Under the pieces are notes generated by a model. That model saw only the letters and a program-made list of their open reading frames with translations, ran no database searches and was not told the DNA's origin. DNA of 64,000 bases from Eledone cirrhosa (taxonomy: Eukaryota). The stretch lies in contig OZ024743.1 of NCBI GenBank assembly GCA_964016885.1, forward strand, positions 218,674,001-218,738,000. The letters run 5' to 3'. Position numbers and translations under genes: made by a program. Positions 13,100-24,744 of this stretch are shown here, one piece after another (position 1 is the stretch's first letter; each line of letters starts with the position of its first letter).

Positions 13100-13432
13100 T
13101 GTTCCCTCAGCAACTGCCCGATACGGGGGGCAGATTGCCTACGCACCTATGTCGTATATAAGATTCAATGCGATAAATGTAACAAGTTTTACATTGGTAG
13201 CACCATCCGACCCCTACATGTTCGTATCAAGGAACATATCAACACCAACGCATCTTCCTTCCGTAAACACATCCTTAAATGCAGAAACCCACAGGGTAGA
13301 CCCTTGGTCACAGTCCTAGCAACTGAACGCAGCATCAGATCCTTAAGGATAAAGGAAGCACTTGTTATTAAGAACCTCAGACCCCCACTTAACAACCGGG
13401 CTGAGAGAAATGAGCTGACATGGCTAACTTAA
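13100..13432 (+). mobile_element. Penelope-like element C-terminal GIY-YIG endonuclease fragment (not in the ORF track); 3'UTR runs to ~14260
   Basis: Manual translation: CSLSNCPIRGADCLRTYVVYKIQCDKCNKFYIGSTIRPLHVRIKEHINTNASSFRKHILKC...LRIKEALVIKNLRPPLNNRAERNELTWLT*, showing VVY/YIG, CCHH, catalytic R/E and LN. Confidence 0.9.
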
Positions 13433-14276
13433 CCATAGTGACCACTCACAGCCCTTACGGCCTGCTATTTTCACACACACGCACGTATATGCATACCCAT
13501 ACGCATACACACACACATCTATATTTATACACGCACACGTTTTTACAACCTACCACCTTTCACACCCTTTGATTTCCAGCTTCTACAGCCCACTATCTTT
13601 CACACACACACGCACTCACACATACACACACACAGTTACACACACATGTATACCCATACGCTTACACACACACGTTTATACACGCACACATGTTTTACAA
13701 CCTACCACCTTTCACACCCTATGATTTCCAGCTTCAACAGCCCACTATCTTTCACACACACACACACTCACACATATACACACTTACACACACAGTTACA
13801 CACACATATATATTTACACACACATATTTTACGGCTTTCACACGCTAGCGCACCCTCTTGATTTAACTCATTTGGTCAGTAGCTTTTGCCACAGCCTATC
13901 ACGCGCACGCGCATTCTTTCCCTCATTTAAATTTTAAATAATTTTTCTCCCCATAACGGCATTCCTGTTTGAACGACATCACAACTTTCTCCGCTTAGCC
14001 TGTTCCCCCCTTTGGAACTTTCCCCCGTTGATGGGCGTGAGCCCGAAATATTGGGATTAAATCTCCACTACGGTAACCCTTCTACCTTTGTTTTGTTTTC
14101 ATCTTTGTCTCTCTCTATTTTCACTTTCTCCTATTTCTCTTATATATCATTCACTTCCTACCTCGAGATTTCCCTCTGCATTGTTGTGGCTTTCTAAACT
14201 ACATATTTTACACATTTCACAATGCTTCAAGCAAACTTTAACACCCTCATATATATATATATATACATATATATAT

Positions 14277-14993
14277 ATGTTGTTTACTTGTCTCACTCGC
14301 TTTACGCGATTTACTTGTCCCAATAGCTTTATTTAGCTATTGCTCGCACCAACCGGAGGTATATGATTTTTAATGCGATGAAATACCAATGAAGGTTGGA
14401 AAATCACTGACGAAGGACTATTTTTTATCATATGTAACCCATGTGCAACCATGCAGTATTCTTTCTTCTCATGTTTTTTATATATATTTACCTAGGCTGC
14501 GTTTGTCTGTTTCTCTCTTACTGCTTCCCCGCTCTCTCTGTTTCTCTCACCTTCTTTCACCCCCTCTGTCAGTTACACTTTCTCTCGACTGACCTCTTCC
14601 TCGCACTTCCACTCACTCACTCTCTGTTTCTCCCCTTCTCACTTCCTCCCATTTGGTTTGTAGTGGGTTCTCTTCTTGCTCACATTTCACTCACGTCGGA
14701 TGGTCTGTATCTCGCTCGCTCATGAAATCCACCCAGCTTATGCTGACCGGATAACTATGTTGCTTGTTTTTTCCTATCTTTGCGTTGCTTTCTTCCTTCT
14801 ATGTTGTTTACTTGTCTCACTCGCTTTACGCGATTTACTTGTCCCAATAGCTTTATTTAGCTATTGCTCGCACCAACCGGAGGTATATGATTTTTAATGC
14901 GATGAATTACCAATGAAGGTTGGAAAATCACTTAAGAAGGGCTATTTTTATCATATGTAACCCATATGCAACCACGCAGTATTCTTTCTTCTC

Positions 14994-15002
<9 letters not shown>
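14277..15002. repeat. ~200 bp direct repeats with 524 bp period (pLTR-like)
   Basis: 14277-14480 is near-identical to 14801-15002. Confidence 0.85.
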
Positions 15003-15033
<31 letters not shown>

Positions 15034-15049
15034 TATAAATACACATAAT

Positions 15050-16335
15050 ATATAAGAACAAAAGATGGTTAAAAGAGTTCCATGTATTTTATTATGCGCA
15101 TTTCAAAAACAAATATCATCATGCAATAATATTTGTGTTTTCATCAGATAAAACAGGAAGACATGATATGAAGGTTAAAAACACTTGTGGATAGTGCAGT
15201 TTTAAATCAACATATGAAAAGTAGTTTTAGATTGATGTGTGATATTGGGAAAAATATTTTATTTTGAGGGTGGGGGTGGAAAGGATGAAAAAGAGGAGGA
15301 GATGAGAGTAAAAAGTGGAGAGGGAGGAGTATAATGAGGAAGGATGAGATAGGAGGAGAGATGGGTGATAGAGAGAGAGATAGCTTTTATAACTGAGAAA
15401 GATATATTGTTTTACATAGAGAGGTTGAAAAACCGTTGGAAGATAATGTATAAATTAAAAGAATTTTAAAATTAACGAAGAGAAAAATAAGGTTTGTATA
15501 TTGAGGGGTTTAATAATATGTGCGATGAAAAGAAAATGTTAATATGTATTAAGAATAATATTTAAGGGTTTAATAACATGTGCGATGGAAAAGAAAGAGT
15601 TAATATGTATTAAGAATGATATTTAACGGTTTAATAATATGTGCGATGGAAAGAAAATGTTGATATGTATTAATAAAAAACAACAGGTAATTTAAGTAAG
15701 GATATATTGTGAGATGAGCATGAATGAGTTAGATGAAAGGGAGAAAAAAATAATGAATTGAGGATGAATAATCTAACGTCAAAAAAATGTTTGTTTACAA
15801 AGGATTTTTACAAGGTGATATAGAGTAAGAATGTATTGTATTATGTAATAATTGATTCTATGTTAGGCAACAGTGAGAAAAGGTACAGATTAGGGGTTAG
15901 ACATTAAAAGAAAGGGAAGTGATAAATAGGAGCGATATAGAATGAGTAACAAGTATTATAGAATGTATAATAACCTTTGAAATAAGGTAGAAAGATGGGT
16001 ATATTTTTAAAGAAGTGGATATATATATATGTGCCTTTGAGAAAAAGATTCTAAATTGATAAAGAATATTAGCTGTATACTTTTTGGAATGTTTTGTGGA
16101 ATTTATGCAAGCAGATAGAAAACAAGTCAGTGCGTCTATTTATTATAGAATCTAAATTAGATATAATGGTAAATTTTTCATTTAGACAGAGATTGCAAAT
16201 TCCTCGATCATCTATTTAATTCTAGAAGAAATCCTCCTTCCAACAAAAATCTAGTGCAATTCGAGGAAGAGTTAACTAAAATTATAAAAAATCTTAAATT
16301 CAAGAGATACCCTTACAAAGGACAGGAGCACCTGT
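15050..16335 (-). mobile_element. Rearranged Naiad-type PLE copy: ORF end, 3'UTR and HHR on minus, joined to an inverted internal ORF fragment on plus
   Basis: ~16165-16201 on minus encodes ICNLCLNEKFTI. ~16228-16335 on plus encodes NPPSNKNLVQFEEELTKIIKNLKFKRYPYKGQEHL. 15050-15300 is the reverse complement of 24745-25000. Confidence 0.85.
15086..15154 (-). ncRNA. Type-I hammerhead ribozyme in PLE 3' pLTR
   Basis: gttttat-CTGATGA-long stem II-GAAA-tgcgca-TA-ataaaat; palindromic helix III. Confidence 0.8.
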
Positions 16336-16339
16336 TAGG

Positions 16340-17520
16340 GCCCCATTTATCGGTTAAATAACTACCTTATTCAAGTGGCGCCGGTAAGGTTTTGTCAGCC
16401 ATTGAAAAGAAATATGGAGAGTCTATCTAACACCACTAGGTTTAGAGCCCCTAATTACACTGTCAAGGAGCAGTCTGGTCGTTATGACTCTGCTGGCTTA
16501 GAGCCACAGGGAGGGCCAGTGGATGATGGATCAGCTGTCTCTGAGACAAATATAAAGAATGCAGTTTTGCCTGCAGAAGAGCCATCAAAATGGACACTTT
16601 GAATGTGAGGACTATTTGGACGCTGGAGAAAAGAGAGGAGTTGGGACATCTGTTCGAGGAGAGTGGTATACAGATACTTGCAATCCAAGAACACAGGATC
16701 CTACACGATGAGCCCATGAGGAGTATGATGATTGGGAAGATGAGGCAGCTCATCACCACATCGGCAGTGAGTGAGGAACATGACCAATGCTGCAGTGGAA
16801 GGAGTGGGTTTTGTTTTCAGCCCATGTTGGTGAGGGAAATAATGACCGTCTCCCCGCGAGTGTTAAGGGTGACCTTCAATGGAAACCCAAGACTGACAGT
16901 CATCTCAGCCTATAGTCCAACCGAGGGAGACAGTGATGGGAGTGCAGAAGAGTTCCATGAGGAGGTGTGTAGAGCAGTCAACACCACACAAGCACACAAC
17001 ATCCTGCTTGTTCTGGGGACTTCAATGCACATCTGAGTAAGGAGGGCAGTGAAGATCCTTGCTGATACTTCCATAACAACACCAACTGAAATGGAAGACT
17101 ACTGAGAGACGCCCTGCTGGAGGTGAACTTGATAGCGACCATACCTAAGGTTTAGGAAGAATCCAGGGAAGATGTGGACCTACATCTCAGATATGCACCT
17201 CTCCAAGTCCCAGATTGATTTCATTCTGGTGAGGAAAAAGTGGCAGAATAGTGTTCTGAACACAGAACCATACAACTATTTCAGTACACTGGGCAGTGAC
17301 CACCGGCTTGTTATGAGTGAAGTCCGGATGAGCTTAAGAAAGAGCAAGGCTCAGCCCCGGAGAGCAATCTATGACTGGGGAGCTTTCAAGGAAGATGATA
17401 AGCTACAGGAGAGGTTCACAGTGGAAGTGAGGAATAGGTTCAGTGCTCTGTGTGGAGAGACAGAGGAGAGAGAGATTGGATGGACTGAGGAGAGTGTGAT
17501 GAAGAGGTACGGGCACTTAA
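16340..17520 (+). mobile_element. RTE-group LINE 5' part (APE endonuclease), decayed
   Basis: TLNVRT, ILAIQEHR, LTVISAYSPT, a frameshifted GDFNA, QIDFIL and SDHRLV motifs, with stops and frameshifts. Confidence 0.85.
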
Positions 17521-17971
17521 CCAATATGTGTATATATATAAGTATATTTATATGTATATATCTGTATATATATATATATATGGATGTATATATAATGTAT
17601 TTTGCAATGCACTTTATGCTTAATTAAAAGCATTTTGAAGACCGTAAGCTATTGTTTTAAAGTAGTGACAAATTCACTTACTTTGATCTCAGCAAACAGG
17701 GGAGATAAGCCGACAAGTCTTGTTTCGCTTTGGTTGAAGCTTATCAAGGCTAACTACCCGTCCTGTCTACCGAGATCACTGATGTTATATTCTTATAGAA
17801 ATCTAGTAAATAATCAGGAGCTGATTATGCAGAGCGGTTGTTGGTCAGGCAGAAATTAATTAATGTTTAATTTCTACCTGACCAACCATGCTAAAATATT
17901 ATAATGGATGTCACCCCACTGTGCATCGATATATACAGGAGGTCATGTATGTAAACAATCATTGAAAAATT

Positions 17972-18016
17972 GCTCCGAAGACTCCAAACCTCGGTTTGGA
18001 CGAAACAATTGTAAGC
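17972..18016 (+). ncRNA. Minimal type-I hammerhead motif (CCGAAGA core variant) within a PLE-like fragment ~17600-18200
   Basis: gct-CCGAAGA-c tccaaac ctcg gtttgga c-GAAA-caattg-TA-agc followed by tAATAAA. Confidence 0.65.
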
Positions 18017-18257
18017 TAATAAATGGTTTGAACAGAACTTTGATTCATGTGATTTCTATATAATTGCTCTGTAGAACAACTGATGTTATTACATTGAGCT
18101 ATTTATCTTACTGGTAATAAGGTAGTAATAAATTACTGTCTTTCACTGTTTAGGGTTTTAAATATATATATAACTATAAAAAGTTTTAGTATATACATAA
18201 CAATAAATAGTATCCTGAATACTATGTATATATATATATATGTATGTATATGATGGC

Positions 18258-18318
<61 letters not shown>

Positions 18319-18566
18319 TATATATATATATGAATGTATATATATATCATTTCATCATCATCATTTCATTTTACGTCCGCTTTTTCATATATATATGAAT
18401 GTATATATATATGTATATATATATATATATATATAGTAATAATAATAAATTTGAAGACTAAAACCCAAAGAGGGCTCGATAAGGATAAATATATATCAAA
18501 TATATAAGAACCGTAGAGCAAATATTTATTAAAATAACAGATTAAAGTTTAAGCAAAGTATCGATA

Positions 18567-18815
18567 TCCTTGAGCAAGACACTTTATTTCACATTGCTCC
18601 AGTTTACTCAGCTGTAGAAATGAGATGATAGGGACTGGGGTACCTATCATTTCACTGCAAAGTGGTCGTGGAGGTGCCATAGCAAAAAAGCACCCAGCAC
18701 TCACTGTAAATGAGGTTGGTGTTAGGAAGGGCATCCAGCTGTAGAAATCAAGTCAGAATAAGTTCCCGTCCCACCCTTGAAAGCAGGGAAAAGCGGACGT
18801 AAAATGAAATGAATG
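18567..18815 (+). mobile_element. 5'-truncated tRNA-derived SINE (same family as 25729-26067)
   Basis: Near-identical to 25815-26057. Confidence 0.85.
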
Positions 18816-18842
18816 AATATGTATGTACATATATATACATAC

Positions 18843-18921
<79 letters not shown>

Positions 18922-18939
18922 CATATATATATATCTATC

Positions 18940-19205
18940 TAGGGCGGGTAAAATTCTCGAGATCCATAGACGAGTTCTCTCCAGCGGTCTCTGTCCTTCA
19001 TTATCGCTCCCAAAAGTCAGCTCAAAAGTGACACAGAGGAGACTGAGGTTAGCTGGACATGCTCACCGACATCCAGAGTTGACATTGCACTCAGTGCTCC
19101 TGTGGGAGCCCCTACATGGACACACTGGAAGAGGAAGACCAAGGTAAACATATGTTGATGCCCTAAGGACAGACACTGGTCTGTTGGAGACGCAGGACAT
19201 GGCAG
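18940..19205 (+). mobile_element. RTE-group LINE C-terminal fragment
   Basis: [24 protein letters not shown]...LLWEP.HG...RGRP motif. Confidence 0.75.
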
Positions 19206-19224
19206 TGATACATATATATATACA

Positions 19225-19265
<41 letters not shown>

Positions 19266-19383
19266 ATATGCATATATATATACATACATATATATATATA
19301 TACATATATATATACATGCATATATATATATACATATAGTGACGAAACATAAGTCAATTGCATGAACTCATAATCCTTTATTT

Positions 19384-19439
19384 ACTGCTATATATATTTC
19401 GATGATAGCCATTGAGTGGTTATGACCTCATCAGGCAGT
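19384..19439 (-). ncRNA. Minimal type-I hammerhead ribozyme
   Basis: Reverse complement reads actgc-CTGATGA-ggtcataacca ctcaa tggctatcatc-GAAA-tatata-TA-gcagt then aAATAAA. Confidence 0.85.
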
Positions 19440-19535
19440 TAGTCAGTTCTTAGATAAGCCAGTTCTGTGTTTATGGTGTTGATTGTATCAGAGCCTTGGG
19501 AAATATGTATATACATACATATATATATATGTCGA

Positions 19536-21273
19536 CTTTTGTCGACTTGGAGAAAGCCTTCGACAGAGTCCCCCGTTCCATTATCTGGTGGTCTCTTAGA
19601 AAACTAGGTGTTGACGAATGGCTTGTGAGAGCTATACAAGCCATGTATAAAGAAACAGTCAGTAAGGTTAGAATTAACAACGAATATAGTGAAGAGTTTA
19701 GCGTAAAAGTTGGTGTCCATCAGGGCTCTGTACTTAGCCCCCTACTATTTATTATTGCCCTTCAGGCTATAACAGAGGAGTTCAAGACCGGCTGCCCATG
19801 GGAACTCCTATACGCAGATGATCTAACGCTCATAGCTGAATCAATGATCGAACTAGAGAAGAAATTCCAAACGTGGAAGCACGGCCTAGAATCAAAAGGC
19901 CTTAAAATTAACCTGGCTAAGACTAAAGTTCTAGTTTGTAGGAAAGAAAATAAGGCGGCGGTCCCATCGGGGAAATGGCCATGCTCAGTGTGTAGGAAAG
20001 GCGTAGGTAGAAACTCCATTTTATGTCCCAAATGCAAAGTATGGGTGCATAAAAGATGTAGTGGGATCACAGGTAAGCTAACTAAGAACATAGATTTTAC
20101 ATGTGGCCGGTGCTCTGGTGCAATAAGTAGCAGCAAGTGCCCACAAAATACTAGCTCCTTCAACTGCGCAGAGGGTTCTATAGAAATAGTGGACAGCTTC
20201 CGTTATCTGGGTGACAAAATCAGCAGTGGGGGAGGGTGCTCTGAAAGTACAGTAGCTAGAGTCAGAACTGGATGGAAAAAGTTCAGAGAGCTTATACCAC
20301 TATTAGCCGCTAGAGGGTTCTCCCTAAAAATGAAAGGCAGGTTATACGATGCCTGCATACGAACAGCAATGCTGCATGGCAGTGAGACCTGGGCATTGTG
20401 TGCAGAGGATATACGCAGACTAGAGAGGAACGAAGCTTGCATGCTCCGCTGGATGTGCAATAGTAATATACGTGAACGGCAAAGCATAAACGAACTAAGG
20501 AAAAAATTAGAAATAAGAGGGATCAGATGTTGTTTACTCGAGAGAAGGCTACGTTGGTACGGTCACGTGATGCGCATGAAAGACGACAGCTGTATAACAA
20601 AGTGCAGGGCAATAAAGATAGACGGTAGCCACGGAGTAGGCAGACCCAGAAAAACATGGGACGAGCTGATAAATTCCGACCTCACACGCTTACACCTCTC
20701 CAAGACAATGTCACTGGACCGAGACCTTTGGCGGTACTCAGTAATAGAGAAGACCCGCCTTACCTAAATACAAAGTAAAAACCTACTACAGTCAGTAGGC
20801 ACCTCTATCAAAACACACCCCCGTCCCACCACCTCCACCCCACCCACACCGCCCCTTTCAATGTAAAGTTATGTTGGTCCCACAACATCCAGGCCGAAAC
20901 AAATGAGATCGTGTAGGTGTCACGACAAAAAACACACAGTCCACGCTGTAAATGTGGCCGTGTAGGCAACACGGTAAAAACCTCCCAGCCCCACACTGTA
21001 AATGTGGTTGGTGTTAGGAAGGGCATCCAGCTGTAGAAAACCCGCCAGACAGTCCACGCTGTAATGTGGCCGTGTAGGCAACACGGTAAAAACCTCCCAG
21101 CCCCACACTGTAAATGTGGTTGGTGTTAGGAAGGGCATCCAACTGTAGAAAATCCGCCAGACAGTCCTATGCGAGCAAGACAACCACTCTTGCCTCAAGT
21201 GGGAAAACCCCCGTCCAAACCCATGCAAGCGTGGAACACGGACGCTAAACCTGATGATGATGATGATGATGAT
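19536..21273 (+). mobile_element. Young 5'-truncated RTE LINE (RT with internal PHD-like finger), 3'UTR with internal repeats and (GAT)n tail
   Basis: Uninterrupted ORF to 20767: FVDLEKAFD, GVHQGSVLSP, LLYADD, RRLRWYGHVMR, GRPRKTW. Nearly identical to 36021-38213. Confidence 0.95.
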
Positions 21274-21341
21274 ATATACATAGATTTATATATATATATA
21301 TATATATACATACATTTATATATATATATATATATGCATAC

Positions 21342-21388
<47 letters not shown>

Positions 21389-21397
21389 CATACATAC

Positions 21398-21427
<30 letters not shown>

Positions 21428-21433
<6 letters not shown>

Positions 21434-21824
21434 GTGCCACAAAATCCAGGCCGAAACAAATGAGATCGTGTAGGTGTCACGACAAAAAAACACACAGTCC
21501 ACGCTGTAATGTGACCGTGTAGGCAACACGGTAAAAACCTCCCAGTCCCACACTGTAAATGTGGTTGGTGTTAGGAAGGACATCCAGCTGTAGAAAACCT
21601 GCCAGACAGTCCACGCTGTAATGTGGCCGTGTAGGCAACACGGTAAAAACCTCCCAGCCCCACACTGTAAATGTGGTTGGTGTTAGGAAGGGCATCCAAC
21701 TGTAGAAAACCCGCCAGACAGTCTGATGCGAGCAAGACAACCACTCTTGCCTCAAGTGGGAAAACTCCCGTCCAAACCCATGCAAGCATGGAACACGGAC
21801 GTTAAACGATGATGATGATGATGA
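21428..21824 (+). mobile_element. RTE 3'UTR-only copy with (GAT)n tail
   Basis: Matches 20870-21273. Confidence 0.9.
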
Positions 21825-21889
21825 TATACATACATTTATATATATATATATATATATACATACATTTATATATATATATATATACATAC

Positions 21890-21933
<44 letters not shown>

Positions 21934-21938
<5 letters not shown>

Positions 21939-22052
21939 TTGAAAAAAATGAAAACGAAATTTCATTTCTCACTCTTAGTATGGCACTTACTTAAATGTAA
22001 GTATGTATGTATACGTACATACATATATGTATACAGACGTACAGTAGCATGC

Positions 22053-22084
<32 letters not shown>

Positions 22085-22524
22085 GCATACAGGTACACAT
22101 ACATATATGCACGCATCAGTTTAGCCGACGTTTATTATAACGCCGCTTTGTTCGTTTGTTTGTCAACAAACCGAACAGCCTGAATTTATGCCATACGGTG
22201 TTAAGGCAACCACGTCACCTTTTTGTTCAACACTGACACAGGAACGATGTACTAGTTTCAAGCTTGTTAGCTATCATCAGCACCGTTTACCCATCTGCCA
22301 GATAGTTGAACGTTCGAAAGTATATACTTTCCTTATGAAAATTAACGGCTGAGCAGCCTAATTTGCATATTGAGTGAGTTAAATCGGTCAGGCATACCGA
22401 AAACGATAAGTTGAAAAAAATGAAAACGAAATTTCATTTCTCACTCTTAGTATGGCACTTACTTAAATGTAAGTATGTATGTATACGTACATACATATAT
22501 GTATACAGACGTACAGTAGCATGC

Positions 22525-22556
<32 letters not shown>

Positions 22557-22638
22557 GCATACAGGTACACATACATATAAGCACGCATCAGTTTAGCCGA
22601 CGTTTATTATAACGCCGCTTTGTTCGTTTGTTTGTCAA
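21934..22638 (-). mobile_element. Non-coding direct-repeat element (232 bp repeats, 472 bp period) containing a hammerhead; PLE pLTR/retrozyme-like
   Basis: 21934-22166 matches 22406-22638, with an HHR between them. Confidence 0.75.
22243..22288 (-). ncRNA. Minimal type-I hammerhead ribozyme
   Basis: Reverse complement reads aacggtg-CTGATGA-t agct aaca agct t-GAAA-ctag-TA-catcgtt: 7-bp helix I and palindromic CTAG helix III. Confidence 0.85.
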
Positions 22639-24744
22639 TGGTAAATTTTTCATTTAGGCAGAGATTACAGATTTTAGATAGAGAGCTGTTCAAGTATGAG
22701 GATGCAGAAGAAACCTTCTTCCAAAAGATGGTATATTTAATGTTTTTGTCTTTCAAGGACCATATGAGTTCTGAGAGAGCCGTGTTGGTTCTTTTAAGTT
22801 TGTATTTGAAAGATGAATGGTGATTATAGAGACGAGCTTTAAAAGAGGTGGAAGTGGAGCCAAAATAGGTGAAGGAATTGGTGCTAGTTATAACTTTACA
22901 TTCATAAATTAAGTTTTTATCAAGACAATGGTTGTTGAGAGGACATTTATTTTTAATGCGGCAGTTGCAATTAGAGAGATTATTAATGAGTGACCTAGTG
23001 TTATCTATAGAAGGAATTGGATTGGAGAAGTTGTTTGCGATAGGAATAATAGGAATAATAGTTTCTTGATTTAGAGTTGGATTATGAACATTTAGCGAAG
23101 TTGTGTTTGACGTTGTATTTGGGTTTACAGAAGTTAGCCTAGGGTTTACAATGATGTCGGGAGTACTATTACTGTTATTATGAAATTCAATGTTGGAAGG
23201 AAGAGATTTAGTATTTAGTATTTTATTGTTGTGTTTAGAGATGATGTTGGAAATATTGGAGGATGTAGAATAAGAAAATTTTATGGTGTGTTTGTTAAAT
23301 ATTTTACTATAGATATGTGAGGGAGGGAAGCATTTATTTAAGGCACTAAAAAATAATTTAGGAATATTGTTATTAATAGAGATGGAGAAAGGAGCATTAT
23401 ACCAGATTATGTTTTTGTATCTAGGTCTTTTATTAAAATTATTGGAATGATCATGATTAATTATTCTACTGTAAGTTTTTCTAGAATTTGTTTCTTTACT
23501 ATATTTGATTTTATCTGGATAGCCGGCTTTAGAAAGTGCGTTATTATAGTAATTGGCGTTAGCATCAAAGATGTTTTTATTAGAAGATATGTTAGATATT
23601 CTTTTTTCAATATTACTAACTATAGCATTCTTGATATTGGTAGGATGGTTAGATTTAAAGTTAACATAATTTAGGTTCTCATTGTTTTTATGGTAAGGGT
23701 AATATAGGCCAGTGTCAAGATTAAGAGATACATCCAAGAAATTAGCTAGTTTGATACTATTATCAAATTCAATTTTTAGGTTATGTTGGTTAAAGAGATT
23801 ACGTATATTGTTCTTAATAATATTAAGGATAACTATATTGCAATTTAAGATAGTAAAGAGTCCATCGTCACGATAAATTCCACCGCGAAGTTGAGGAATT
23901 TTCCGACTCAAAGAGTTCAAAATAAAGATACCAATTAAATCAGTCAATTGGGATGAATCGGATGCTCCCATTGTGATGTCGAAGTTGTTAGAGGTATCGG
24001 CTCTGGTCCAATATTCGTTGTTGAACTCTAGGATGGTTTTACGTGCGGTGAGGATGATGTGAAGTTCATCTGTGGTGATGTCAGAATATTTAAGTGCGAA
24101 AGATAGAGCATTATTGAGAAGTGAAGGCGAAATGGAGGAATAGAAGCTGGCAATATCAAATTGAATAAATTTTAGTTTGTTTTTATTATCCAATTTGTTG
24201 AACCAGCCAATCACTTCAGAAGTACCAAACCATAAATTTAGGTTCAAAGAAGAGCAATTAGAACTAACCTGTGGGATAATTCTATCCAAGATGGCTTTAC
24301 TAACAACCCCCAGATCAGATTTAGAGGGGGCGATTAATCTAACAGGTAGTTCAGTGCGAAAATTGTTTTTGTGATCCTTGAGATTTATCCTCGGAGTTCT
24401 TGGGAGGAATGGTTCGGTCTTTTTTTCAATGCCAAGTTTTGACATAATCTCAGAGGCTTCAAGGTTTATGTATTCTAAATTTTCATGGTTGGTTTTACGA
24501 TACTTTTTCCTAAGTTCCTTTAGGATAAGGTTGTTATAATTATCCTTGGAAATACCATATAAGTTATTGGTTTTGTCAGAGTGGACTAAAACATTTTTTG
24601 AGGAATTTAGGTTAGAAATTGTGTTCTTGAGATTTACAAGGTGCTCTTGTCCTTTGTAAGGGTATCTCTTGAATTTAAGATTTTTTATTATTTTAGTTAA
24701 TTCTTCCTCGAATTGTACTAGATTTTTGTTGGAAGGAGGATTTC
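22637..24744 (-). mobile_element. Naiad-type Penelope-like element ORF (RT + GIY-YIG), 5'- and 3'-truncated but uninterrupted
   Basis: The frame is open upstream of the listed Met (…VHSDKTNNLY…). It contains FIQFDIASFYSSI, ITMGASDS, GIYRDDGL, FLDV, a CNCRIKNKCPLNNHC (CxCx5Cx5C) linker, LIY...YFG, R..NH and CNLCLNEK. Confidence 0.9.

Noticed and set aside
14715-14765. CTCATGAAATCC...GGATAAC hairpin as a possible HHR
   Set aside because: Both core boxes deviate and no helix I or III is evident.
20880-20915. GGCCGAAAC in the RTE 3'UTR resembling half a hammerhead
   Set aside because: No upstream CUGANGA and no helix II partner.
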